Shown one piece after another: positions 28,532 to 38,800 of a stretch of 64,000 bases of DNA (position 1 is its first letter; each line of letters opens with the position of its first letter). The stretch is from Bacteroidia bacterium (GTDB taxonomy: Bacteria; Bacteroidota; Bacteroidia; M30B66). The position numbers and the translations under genes were made by a program. The DNA lies in NCBI GenBank assembly GCA_018401705.1, contig JAGYKL010000001.1:148473-212472 (forward strand), written 5' to 3'. The notes below the pieces were generated by a model, which saw nothing but the letters and a program-made list of their open reading frames with translations, was not told the DNA's origin and did no database searches.

Positions 28532-30490
28532 ATGTGCGGCATTGCAGGTATAGTTTCTAAAAAAGCACTTAACAGCTCTATTCTGTTGAAAATGAGCGAA
28601 AAGATGAGTCATCGGGGTCCCGATGGAGAAGGCTTTACCTTGCTCGAAAACAGTAAATTTATCCCCTATTCAGGTATACAAACGCCTGAAGAATGCAAGA
28701 ACCGCGACCTTGAATTTTCTCCCAAGAGTGTTTTAGCTCATCATCAGGAGTTCAATACCGCCTTTATTCACAGGCGTTTAGCAATTATCGATACCCATCA
28801 CACTGGCCATCAACCTATGTGCAATCAAGATGCAAGTATCTGGATTACCTACAACGGCGAAATTTACAATTACATTGAGCTTCGTGCTGAACTTCAAAAG
28901 GCCGGTTTTAGTTTCAAAACCCAAAGCGATACAGAAGTAATTCTGGCTGCTTACCAACTCTGGGGCAAAGATTGTCTGAACCATTTCAACGGAATGTGGG
29001 CTTTTGCAATTGCAGATTTAAATCAAAATAAATTGTTCATTGCCAGAGACCGTTTTGCAGTAAAACCGCTTTACTATTACACTGATGATGATGTTTTCAT
29101 GTTCGCTTCAGAACAAAAAATCATTTTGCATTCGGGCTTGCTTAAAGCCGAAGTAAATCCTGAAGCAGTATTTGATTATTTCACTTTCGGCGAAATTGAG
29201 TATCAAACAAAGGGTTTCTTTAAAAGTATTGATGAACTTTTTGGAGGGCACTATATTGAGACATCACTCAGCAATCCTAAGATTGAGCCTCAACAATGGT
29301 ATAATTTGAATTATGTTGCCGACAATGCTGAAAAGCAAGATTTTTCAGTCGACAAAATCAGCGAGCTTATAAGTGATGCGGTTAAGTTGCGCCTAAGGGC
29401 GGATGTAGAAGTGGGTTCTTGCCTTAGCGGCGGATTGGATTCCTCAGCCATAGTTGGCTACATGAATAAACATTTGCAGGGAAAGCCTTTTCATGTGTTT
29501 ACTGCTACTTTCCCGGGATTAGATGTTGATGAAGGCCATTGGGCAAAATTAGCTGCTGAAAATACATCTGCCGAAAGGCATGAGAGTCATCCCGATAGGC
29601 AAGGTTTGATTTTAGATCTTGAAGAGCTTACTTATGCTCAAGACATTCCAATTTGGTCTACTAGCACATATGCGCAGTTTAAAGTTATGAAACTGGTTAA
29701 TGAGCTTGGTGTTAGGGTTGTTTTGGATGGACAAGGAGGCGATGAAATTTTTGGTGGTTATCATCCTCATGAGTACTTTCTCATGAAAGGAATGAGCTTT
29801 CCAGAAAGGTTAAAGTATATGTTATCTTCGAAAGAAGGGAATTTGTTTGGTTTTTACGCTAAACAAAAACTTCGTTTTGATACCGCTTTTAAGTTACCCA
29901 ACTCCCTTAGCAAAGGCATTTTCAGCAAGTATTTCAAAGATCTTAGTTTCTTAAATAAAGATTTCTATAATGCATATCCAAGCCGTTTCACGGCGGAATT
30001 CCACCCAGCTGGAAATAACCTCAACGAGCGACTCTCATTGGAAATGCAAAATACCTCACTTAAGGCTTTCCTCAAATGCGAGGATCGTTGCTCAATGTGG
30101 CACTCTGTAGAATCAAGAACACCATTCTCTGATGACCATCATCTGATTGAGTATTTATTTTCCATCCCCGGTAGGGAAAAAATAAAAAACCATCAGCTAA
30201 AATACCTACTAAGAGAAGCTGCAGGTGACTATATTCCTGAGAAAATTAAAAACAGACAAGACAAACAAGGCTATACTACTCCAAACAAAAAATGGATTTC
30301 AGAAATAGCTCCTGAATTCAAAGAGATTTTTAACGACAACCTAAGCGACTACTTAAATGTGGATTTGCTGCTTGCAGAATACAAGCAGTTCTTTGGAAAA
30401 GACACGCCAATTGCCGAAAACCGCATGTTCAAATTCCTAAGTTTTGCTATGTGGCACAAAGTTTTTATCGCAGAATTTGCAGATAAATAA
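28532..30490 (+). CDS. Asparagine synthase (glutamine-hydrolysing) family amidotransferase
   Basis: MCGIAGIVSKK… gives the N-terminal Cys nucleophile. The PP-loop SGGLDSS is present. Length is 652 aa. Confidence 0.9.
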   Translation: MCGIAGIVSKKALNSSILLKMSEKMSHRGPDGEGFTLLENSKFIPYSGIQTPEECKNRDLEFSPKSVLAHHQEFNTAFIHRRLAIIDTHHTGHQPMCNQDASIWITYNGEIYNYIELRAELQKAGFSFKTQSDTEVILAAYQLWGKDCLNHFNGMWAFAIADLNQNKLFIARDRFAVKPLYYYTDDDVFMFASEQKIILHSGLLKAEVNPEAVFDYFTFGEIEYQTKGFFKSIDELFGGHYIETSLSNPKIEPQQWYNLNYVADNAEKQDFSVDKISELISDAVKLRLRADVEVGSCLSGGLDSSAIVGYMNKHLQGKPFHVFTATFPGLDVDEGHWAKLAAENTSAERHESHPDRQGLILDLEELTYAQDIPIWSTSTYAQFKVMKLVNELGVRVVLDGQGGDEIFGGYHPHEYFLMKGMSFPERLKYMLSSKEGNLFGFYAKQKLRFDTAFKLPNSLSKGIFSKYFKDLSFLNKDFYNAYPSRFTAEFHPAGNNLNERLSLEMQNTSLKAFLKCEDRCSMWHSVESRTPFSDDHHLIEYLFSIPGREKIKNHQLKYLLREAAGDYIPEKIKNRQDKQGYTTPNKKWISEIAPEFKEIFNDNLSDYLNVDLLLAEYKQFFGKDTPIAENRMFKFLSFAMWHKVFIAEFADK

Positions 30491-30576
30491 TCCGAGGCAA
30501 ACCTTTTTATGTTATGTTTTGTTTATTCAATTAATCATTAGATTTGCGGTTTGAGGATAATTAACAAAAACATCAC

Positions 30577-32757
30577 ATGAAACACATTTTCTATTCAGCT
30601 TGTCTTATAACAGCAGTATTGGGTGCACATTCACTTAATGCTCAGAGTTATCAGCGAGCTCAAGTACCTTCTTCTTTGAAGAATGTGAAATTAAAAAGAG
30701 CAGTTCACAATCATATGGGCGTGAATGAATCTCCAGCAATGCCATTAAGTGCGCCTAATCCAACTGTGCATGCCGGAAGTGCAAGAGCATTTGGTCCTGA
30801 AACAGTGATAGGGCAAACTTTTTACGACCTTCAAACCAATAATTCTATCAACTACAGATTAGAGAATTTTGGAGATGGAACCTTATCTGCTAGCTGGACT
30901 CACAGTAGCGTTGAAACAGTTGGTTGGGCTGATCGTGGTATGGCTTATCATCATTATGATGGTTCAGCTTGGACTAAACTTCCTGATTACGCTCAGGTTG
31001 ACAACATTAACAGAGTAGAAGACGTAAGAACAGGCTTTGGTTCTCTTGCTCGTGTTCAAGGTGTTGGTGACATCATTGTTTCTCACCAAACAGCAATTAA
31101 TGCACTTCAGGTTAGCAGAAACACTAGCTTCACAGAAGAAAACTGGATTATTGATGCTAGAACTGAAATGCCTTTAATCTGGCCAAGAATGAGAGTTGGT
31201 GGTCCTGATGGAAAAACTGTTCATATCATTGCACTTACTGAACCTGAAGGTGGAACATTTACTGGAACTCCTTTTAATGGAATTAATGGTGCACTTCTTT
31301 ACAACCGTTCAACTGATGGCGGCCAGTCATTTGACAAATTGATGGTTCAACTACCAAATGTAGATTCTTCAATTTTCGCAAGCTTTGGAGGTGATTCTTA
31401 TGCTTTAGATGTAAGAGGAAACACAGTTGCTTTTGTTGCCGGTGATTTAACTTCACGTGTTGAAATGTGGAAGTCTATCGATAATGGCGAAACTTGGACA
31501 AGCAGAACGGTATTACCTTTCCCTTATGAGCCATGGAGCGACCAGTTAACTGACTTTGATGGCGATGGTGATTCTGATTCAGTACTTGTAAATCAAACAA
31601 TCGTAAGCATCGATACTACTTTCACTGATATTACAGAGTATACTACTGAAGTTGATTCTATGGCTATTGATTCAACCTATGAATATATCTTAGATTCAGA
31701 AATGGTAATTATTGATTCATTCTATGTTTACACCTATGAATACGATACTACAATAGTTGATTCAATGACAACCACAATTATTTCTGATATCGATACTACC
31801 TTCGAAGGTGGTGAATTCGTTTTAGAATCAGTTTCTGTAAGTGATGGTACATTCTCAATTATCATTGACCAAAACGACAAAGTTCACGTTTGGTTTGGTG
31901 CTATGGAAATGCAAAATGACGATGCAACCGACGATCAGGTTTCTTACTTCCCATTCCAGGAAGGTATTCGTTACTGGAATGAAGATTTCGACTTAGATTC
32001 ATTACCTGAATATATATTAGGTACTGTTGATGATGATGAAAATGGCATTTTAGATGTTGAAGCTCGTTTTGCTAACAACACGGTGCCTTACGGAACAGGA
32101 TTAACAAGTTTCCCAAGTGCTGGTATTGATGCAGATGGGAACTTATATGTTTCTTATGCATCAACAAAAGAAGGTGTAGATTACTTATACCTTGGTGAAG
32201 GACCTAGTTTCCGTCACATCTATCTTTCTAAATCAACTGATGGTGGTGCAACTTGGTCAGACCCTGTTGATGTTGTAGATGACGAAAACGCTGGATTTGA
32301 TCAATTTGCAGAATATGCGTATTGCTCAGTTGCTAGATTAGTTGATAATAACATTCACCTTCTTTACCAAAGAGATTACACTCCTGGTTCTGCAGTAACT
32401 CTTGATGATGCAAGTGTGCATCCATTTGATATTCCTAATGATATCATTTACTTGCCAATTACTAAGAATCTTGTTAGCGTTAAAGAAGTAGCAAATAGCG
32501 TTTCTGACTTGGCTTTACTTCCAAATCCAGCAAATGAAAACACTACACTTAGATTTAAATTAGAAGAGTCTGCTGATGTTACTATCAGTGTGCTAAACAT
32601 GCTTGGTCAAGAAGTATCATTAATTTCTTCTCAAAAAGCAGCTCCTGGTGTTCATAATGTTGACTTAGGAACTTCTGAATTACCTTCCGGGATTTACCTA
32701 GTAAATGTTCAGGCTGGCTCTAAAACAAGTACAACTAAACTTGTTGTTAGACACTAA
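30577..32757 (+). CDS. Secreted BNR/Asp-box repeat protein with T9SS C-terminal sorting domain
   Basis: Signal peptide. Asp-box repeats S-x-D-x-G-x-T-W (SIDNGETWTS, STDGGATWSD, STDGGQSFD). C-terminus …LLPNPANENTTLRFKLEE…GIYLVNVQAGSKTSTTKLVVRH is a type-A CTD. Confidence 0.8.
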   Translation: MKHIFYSACLITAVLGAHSLNAQSYQRAQVPSSLKNVKLKRAVHNHMGVNESPAMPLSAPNPTVHAGSARAFGPETVIGQTFYDLQTNNSINYRLENFGDGTLSASWTHSSVETVGWADRGMAYHHYDGSAWTKLPDYAQVDNINRVEDVRTGFGSLARVQGVGDIIVSHQTAINALQVSRNTSFTEENWIIDARTEMPLIWPRMRVGGPDGKTVHIIALTEPEGGTFTGTPFNGINGALLYNRSTDGGQSFDKLMVQLPNVDSSIFASFGGDSYALDVRGNTVAFVAGDLTSRVEMWKSIDNGETWTSRTVLPFPYEPWSDQLTDFDGDGDSDSVLVNQTIVSIDTTFTDITEYTTEVDSMAIDSTYEYILDSEMVIIDSFYVYTYEYDTTIVDSMTTTIISDIDTTFEGGEFVLESVSVSDGTFSIIIDQNDKVHVWFGAMEMQNDDATDDQVSYFPFQEGIRYWNEDFDLDSLPEYILGTVDDDENGILDVEARFANNTVPYGTGLTSFPSAGIDADGNLYVSYASTKEGVDYLYLGEGPSFRHIYLSKSTDGGATWSDPVDVVDDENAGFDQFAEYAYCSVARLVDNNIHLLYQRDYTPGSAVTLDDASVHPFDIPNDIIYLPITKNLVSVKEVANSVSDLALLPNPANENTTLRFKLEESADVTISVLNMLGQEVSLISSQKAAPGVHNVDLGTSELPSGIYLVNVQAGSKTSTTKLVVRH

Positions 32758-32776
32758 TAAATATTAATTCTACCAC

Positions 32777-32820
32777 AAAAAGGCGCCCTTTAGATTTTAT
32801 CTAAAGGGCGCCTTTTTTTG
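32777..32820. terminator. Bidirectional intrinsic terminator
   Basis: aaaa-AGGCGCCCTTTAGA-tttta-TCTAAAGGGCGCCT-ttttttt, between convergent genes. Confidence 0.85.
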
Positions 32821-32834
32821 ATGCTATTTTGAAC

Positions 32835-33545
32835 CTAATAAAGAGAAGAAATATCTTTTACTCCAGGAGTTCTGATGACCAAAAATGGCTCACCATATTT
32901 AAACCCGGCTTGCAAGCCAAATTCAGCTGCGCGATAAGTTATCGCATTAAAAAAATCCTCTGATGCAATTAGTGTTTTAGGCTCATCAGATTCTGGATTC
33001 CAAAACTGTGATTTATGAGCTGTTATGCTCCTTAATTTTTCATCCATCACATCTGTGATGTCATAAATGAAATGTGGAGTATGGTGGTAAAACTGTATAT
33101 ACTGATACAACGCTTTTGGCCTCCAACGCTCAGTTGGAATTCCTTCACCCTGGTATTTTATAAGCCCGGAAAGAAAACAAGACTCCTCAACTAGTTTTGC
33201 AGCTCTTCCATGATCAGGATGCCTGTCGTAAGGTGCATTGGTTATTACAATGTCAGGCTGATAAGTTCTTATGCATGAAATAATCTTGGCTTTATTTTCC
33301 TCGTTCAATTCGAATTTGCCATCCGGCATTCCCAAATTTAACCTCACTGATGCCTTAATAATTGCAGCTGCGTTTTGTGCTTCTTGATCACGAATAGCCA
33401 CTGTGCCGCGACTTCCAAGTTCACCTTTAGTTAAATCTATCAGTCCAACTTTTTTCCCTTTCTGAGCTTCAGCGATTAATAATCCACCGCAACCAAGTTC
33501 AATATCATCGGGATGAGCTCCAAAAGCCAGAATATCAAGTTTCAT
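32835..33545 (-). CDS. bshB1: Bacillithiol biosynthesis deacetylase BshB1 (PIG-L/LmbE family)
   Basis: MKLDILAFGAHPDDIELGCGG… carries the PIG-L zinc-binding motif HPDDxE. Length is 236 aa. Confidence 0.85.
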   Translation of the reverse strand: MKLDILAFGAHPDDIELGCGGLLIAEAQKGKKVGLIDLTKGELGSRGTVAIRDQEAQNAAAIIKASVRLNLGMPDGKFELNEENKAKIISCIRTYQPDIVITNAPYDRHPDHGRAAKLVEESCFLSGLIKYQGEGIPTERWRPKALYQYIQFYHHTPHFIYDITDVMDEKLRSITAHKSQFWNPESDEPKTLIASEDFFNAITYRAAEFGLQAGFKYGEPFLVIRTPGVKDISSLY

Positions 33546-33617
33546 GTTTTGATTTTGAGCAAAAGTAAGTTAATTCAAATTGATAGTCAGAACATCAATT
33601 TTTGTAGGTTTGGGCAT

Positions 33618-35018
33618 ATGAAAATTCATTTCCATGGAGCTGCTCAAACCGTTACAGGCAGCAAGCATCTTATTGAGTTCGGCTCTCAAAAAGTTCTGCT
33701 AGACTGCGGCTTGTTTCAGGGTCATGGCAAAGACAGTGATGTTTTAAACCGTCATTTTGGATTTGCGCCAAATGAAGTTGATGCAGTTATTCTTTCACAT
33801 GCACATATTGATCATTCTGGCTTACTGCCTGCTTTAGTTGATCAAGGTTTTAATGGGCCCATCTACTGCACTCCAGCAACCCGCGACCTTTGTGCCATTA
33901 TGCTAGAAGATTCAGCTCATATTCAGGAAAGTGATATTAAATATCTAAATAAACGCAGACGAGCTCAAGGAAAAACTCCTCTTAAGCCTCTTTACACATC
34001 TGAAGATGTTGGTAAAACTCTAAGACTTTTTAAGGAGATAGATTATGATACGAAATTCGAGGCTCTTGAAAACCTTAACTGCATATTTACAGATGCTGGC
34101 CATATTATTGGTTCTGCAATCGTAAATCTTGAAATTATCGAAGGAGACAAAACTGTTGCTCTCGCTTTTACTGGAGATATTGGTCGACAAAATCCACGAA
34201 TCATAAGAAAACCCCAAGCATTCCCACAATGCGACGTGCTTATTACAGAATCGACCTATGGAGACAAATTGCATGATGAAGAAACCCAAAGTATAGATGA
34301 GCTTCTCAGGATTGTAATCGAAACTTGCGTAATGAAGAGGGGTAAATTAATCATCCCCGCTTTCAGCGTGGGAAGAACACAGGAAATTGTATATGCTCTC
34401 GACAGACTGTCTACTCAAGGTCGATTGCCGGAAATCCCTGTTTTTGTTGATAGTCCGCTCTCAACGAATGCAACTGATATCATGCGAGATCACCCAGAAT
34501 GCTTTAATCAATCGGTACTTGATTACATGAAAGGCGATCCGGATCCCTTTGGCTTTAAAAAGCTTAAATACATCAGAGAAGTCTCTGAAAGTAAGGAATT
34601 GAATCAATCTCAAATACCAAGTATAATTATTTCGGCTTCAGGCATGGCCGAAGCTGGAAGAATCAAACATCATATCGCCAATAATATTGGTAAACCTTCA
34701 ACTACAATTCTCATTGTTGGTCATTGTGAGGAAGGTTCTTTGGGTGCACGTTTAGCCCGTAAAGATGAAAAAGTGAGGATTTTCGGAGAAGAGTATTACC
34801 GCAAAGCTCATGTAGAAGTAATGGGCTCTTTTAGTGCTCACGGAGATTACAATGAAATGATTGAAACTCTTTCTTGTCAGGATTTTTCGAAAATCAAGCA
34901 GACTTTTTTAGTACATGGCGATTTTGACACTCAACAAATCTGGGCAGAACGATTAAGTGCTATCGGGTTTTCAAATATTGTCATCCCTGCCAAAGGCAGT
35001 GAATACGAACTCCTATGA
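33618..35018 (+). CDS. MBL-fold metallo-hydrolase with beta-CASP / RNA-metabolising domain
   Basis: Starts MKIHFHGAAQTVTGSKHLIEF… Metallo-beta-lactamase motif HAHIDHSG. Later …DAGHIIGSA… and a C-terminal beta-CASP/RMMBL region. Confidence 0.85.
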   Translation: MKIHFHGAAQTVTGSKHLIEFGSQKVLLDCGLFQGHGKDSDVLNRHFGFAPNEVDAVILSHAHIDHSGLLPALVDQGFNGPIYCTPATRDLCAIMLEDSAHIQESDIKYLNKRRRAQGKTPLKPLYTSEDVGKTLRLFKEIDYDTKFEALENLNCIFTDAGHIIGSAIVNLEIIEGDKTVALAFTGDIGRQNPRIIRKPQAFPQCDVLITESTYGDKLHDEETQSIDELLRIVIETCVMKRGKLIIPAFSVGRTQEIVYALDRLSTQGRLPEIPVFVDSPLSTNATDIMRDHPECFNQSVLDYMKGDPDPFGFKKLKYIREVSESKELNQSQIPSIIISASGMAEAGRIKHHIANNIGKPSTTILIVGHCEEGSLGARLARKDEKVRIFGEEYYRKAHVEVMGSFSAHGDYNEMIETLSCQDFSKIKQTFLVHGDFDTQQIWAERLSAIGFSNIVIPAKGSEYELL

Positions 35019-35680
35019 AGCTGCTGCTCAAAGAAATAAGATTACTCTTAATCAGAGACATTCAACTTGAGTGGAAACAAAAATATGCTCTGAACGGGCT
35101 GTTTTTATATGTTTTCTCAACAATTTACGTGTGCTATTTGTCTTTCAAATCTCTAGTTGATGTACCTACTTGGAATGCCCTTTTATGGATAATCTTACTG
35201 TTTACAGCAGTTAATGCAACTTCAAAAAGCTTCTCAACCGAAAGTAAAGGTCGATTACTTTATTATTATACCCTTGCCGGCGCTCCTGCTGTTATTCTAT
35301 CTAAAATGATTTACAATGCCGGACTGATGTTTCTAATTTCTATTGCCGGTTATCTCATTTACAGCTTACTCATTGGTGATTTGGTGCAGGATAAACCTTG
35401 GTTTATATTAGCACTGCTCTTAGGCAGCACAGGCTTTTCATCCGTTTTAACGCTTGTTGCAGGTATAGCTTCAAAAGCAAATAACAGTGGAACTTTAATG
35501 GCAATACTTAGCTTCCCAGTGCTTATTCCTATGCTTATTGTGCTTATTCGTTTCTCGAAGAATGCAGTTGACGGGCTCGACCATTCGGTGCAAATGCCTT
35601 ATCTGTTTGCACTTATCAGCATAAATATAATTGTAATAGCCCTTGCCCGAATTCTATATCCATTTCTCTGGAAAAACTAA
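35015..35680 (+). CDS. CcmB-like heme-exporter / ABC-2-type permease
   Basis: 221 aa, six TM helices. Start overlaps the upstream stop (ATGA). Resembles Bacteroidetes CcmB, but no ccmA or ccmC lies nearby. Confidence 0.55.
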   Translation: MKLLLKEIRLLLIRDIQLEWKQKYALNGLFLYVFSTIYVCYLSFKSLVDVPTWNALLWIILLFTAVNATSKSFSTESKGRLLYYYTLAGAPAVILSKMIYNAGLMFLISIAGYLIYSLLIGDLVQDKPWFILALLLGSTGFSSVLTLVAGIASKANNSGTLMAILSFPVLIPMLIVLIRFSKNAVDGLDHSVQMPYLFALISINIIVIALARILYPFLWKN

Positions 35681-35804
35681 TTGTATCATGTAAGTTCTAA
35701 TGAAAAGCTAATCTGCGCTCTGTTCAGAAAATAGTTAATATTCCAATTCAGAAGCATCAAAGGGCTTCTTGGCTTTTAATAAATTAACTGAATAAATCAG
35801 AAGC

Positions 35805-38800
35805 ATGAAATTAGTTATTACATCTATTTCGATATTCTTATCAATCATTCTGCAGGCGCAGAATTACGAAATCCCTGCTAATCTCAGCAAATCTGATTTT
35901 GTAGGTGGAAAGCTTATTGTAAAATTCAAGCCCGAGCACAGCGAAATAGCCTCGCAAGCTTTTAATAGTGCCGCGTATTTGTCAGAAATAGCTGCTCAAC
36001 TTCAATTAAGTGATGTAAGAAAAAATTTTCCCGGTGCAAAAAAACCGGCAAAACCATTCAATGATAAAGGACAAAAACTAAGTGATTTAAGTCTCTATTA
36101 CGAGTTGAGCTATCCCGCTGAAAGCGATATCTATGAAATCGCTCGCAAACTTAATCACAGTGGATATTTTGATGTTGTTCAACCTCGCTTTGTAAATAAG
36201 CCTATGGCTGAACCCAATGACCCACAAATTGCACAACAATATCACCATGCGATTATTAAAACCTTTGAAGCTTGGGATGTTGAAGAAGGCGATACCACAG
36301 TGCTTATTGGTATAACAGACGCAGGAATTCAGTTTGATCACGAAGATTTAGGAAACTGGCAATACAACTATGCAGATCCTGAAAATGGATTAGATGATGA
36401 TAACAATGGCTATATAGATGACATTGCTGGATGGAATACGGCTTCTAATACAAATGACCCAACTGCTACTCTATCGCCACATGGAATGTTTACAACAGGT
36501 CTTAGCAGTGCTACGGTAAATAATGGTTTAGGCATTGCAGGCAATGGAAATAAGTGTCGATTCGTACCAATTAGAATTGACGATGCCAATGGATTTTCAT
36601 ACGGTTACGAAGGAATTGTTTATGCAGCCGACAGAGGTTGTCAGATTATTAATGCTAGCTGGGGAAGCACATTCTACAATCCAATGGCTCTTGATGTAGT
36701 AAACTACGCTACCGTTAATAATGACGCACTTATAATTGCAGCTTCTGGAAACTCCGGATTAAATGAAATCTATTACCCTGCTTCATACCCCGGTGTAATG
36801 AGCGTTGGAGCAACAGGACCAACAGACCTCATTTGGCCTGAATCTACTTTTGGTCCTTATGTTGACATTGTGGCTCCCGGAGAATTGCTCCGCTCAACCT
36901 GGCCTTTTAACGGATATGATATAAGCTCAGGAACCTCTTTCTCTGCTCCACTTGTGGCCGGAGCTGCAGCTTTAGTAAAAAGTCATTTTCCTCAATATTC
37001 GGCTCAGCAAATCGCAGAAAGGCTTCGTGTAACTGCTGATACTTCATTGTTTGCTTTAGCAGGAAATGATACAGTTAGAGAATTTATGGGAGCCGGCAGA
37101 TTAAATATGTTACGCGCATTAACCGACCCTGAAACACCATCGATAAGAATACTCAATGAAGCTTTTAGCGATGCTAATGATGATGTTTTTTTGATTGGAG
37201 ATACCATTCGTATTTCTGGAGCTTTATTCAATTATCTTGATGCTGCCAGCAATTTGCAAGTTGAATTAAGCTGTCTATCGCCATTCATAGAAATTGTTGA
37301 TGCAAACTTTGATGCAGGAGCTATTGCTGGCTCTGCCTCAGTTGCTTTGCCTGAAAATTCTCTATCATTTAAAATTCTGGATGGAGCTCCTTACAACTTT
37401 GACGTTGTTTTACGTCTTGATTATTCTGATTCAGGTTATCATGGTTTTGAATATATCATGGTTAGAGTTAATCGCGATTATCTTAATATCACTTCAAATA
37501 GCTTGCTGGCAACAGTAACTTCTAGAGGTAACATTGGATATAATGCCGATTACGCGGCTGAAGGTTCCGGAATTACTTTTAATGGAAGTGAAAGTCTAAT
37601 TTATTCTTCAACATTCATGTTGGGAACTTCAGCTGAATATACTGCCGACAACTCGTATTCATCTACTCTACCTGGCTATGACAATGATTTTATTAGATCA
37701 GCTGGAGCTGAATATTTTAACAATCAATCTGAAATAATTTCAGAGTTCTTTACCGATAGTGCAGCTGTTTCGCGTTTAGAAATCAATCAACGTGTTGTGG
37801 CGGCGCCTCTTGATGAGACCCTGAATTATATCAGGTACGTTTATTCAATCAGCAACACTGGTTCAGAATCTATAGAAGGATTGCATGCGGGGATTTTCAC
37901 CGATTGGGATTTACCTGTTGCAACAGCAAACACCGCAACTTTTAATCAAGAAAGTAAATTAAACTATGTTACCTCTTCAGAAGGAATTTATACAGGCTGG
38001 GTGCTTTTGAGTAATCAAGAAGCACATGCTTACAATTTCAATAATGACGGCACAGGGGGAAGCGCTACTCTTTACGACGGATTTAGTGATGAAGAAAAGT
38101 TTAATGCCCTTTCGGGCGAAGTAACCAGAAACTCTGCTACTGGCGAAATTTCAGCAATGATTGCTACAGATTCAATTTCTATAGCTCCGGGTGAAATAGT
38201 TAATGTTCGATTTGCTCTAGTAGCAGGAAACAGCGAGCAAGAGCTTATTGATGCTGCCAATGCAGCATTTGTCGAAGATCAATTTGAGCAGCTGGCTCCT
38301 GTGTTCGTAGCTGTTGGAGAAACATGTAATCAGAATGATGGATTTATTCAACTTTTCTGCGAACCAATTGCAAATGTGACTCTAAGGTTAATTGGGCCAC
38401 AAAATGATACACTTGCCCTTACTGAAGATATATTTGAATTTGAACTTTATAACCTAAGTGACGGTGCTTATTCATTGAATTTTGCTTTTGCAGATGCAGG
38501 AGAAGTGGTGGTTCCTTTTAACATTAATGCAGCTCCAACACCTCAGTTTACAGTTGAAGCCTCACAAACGGTGTTAGTCCTGCCAATTGCAAATGTAGAT
38601 TTTATAGCATCGTCTTCTGAAGAGCTCACTTATTTCTGGGATTTTGCTGATGGCAATACTTCTGAGGAACAAAACCCAATGCATACTTATACTCAGGAAG
38701 GAACTTTTGTGGTTTCATGTATAGCATCAAATGGAGCTTGCAGCGACACATCTTACATTGAGATGCTAGTTGGCAGTACAGTTAGCATTGTTGAGTATTT

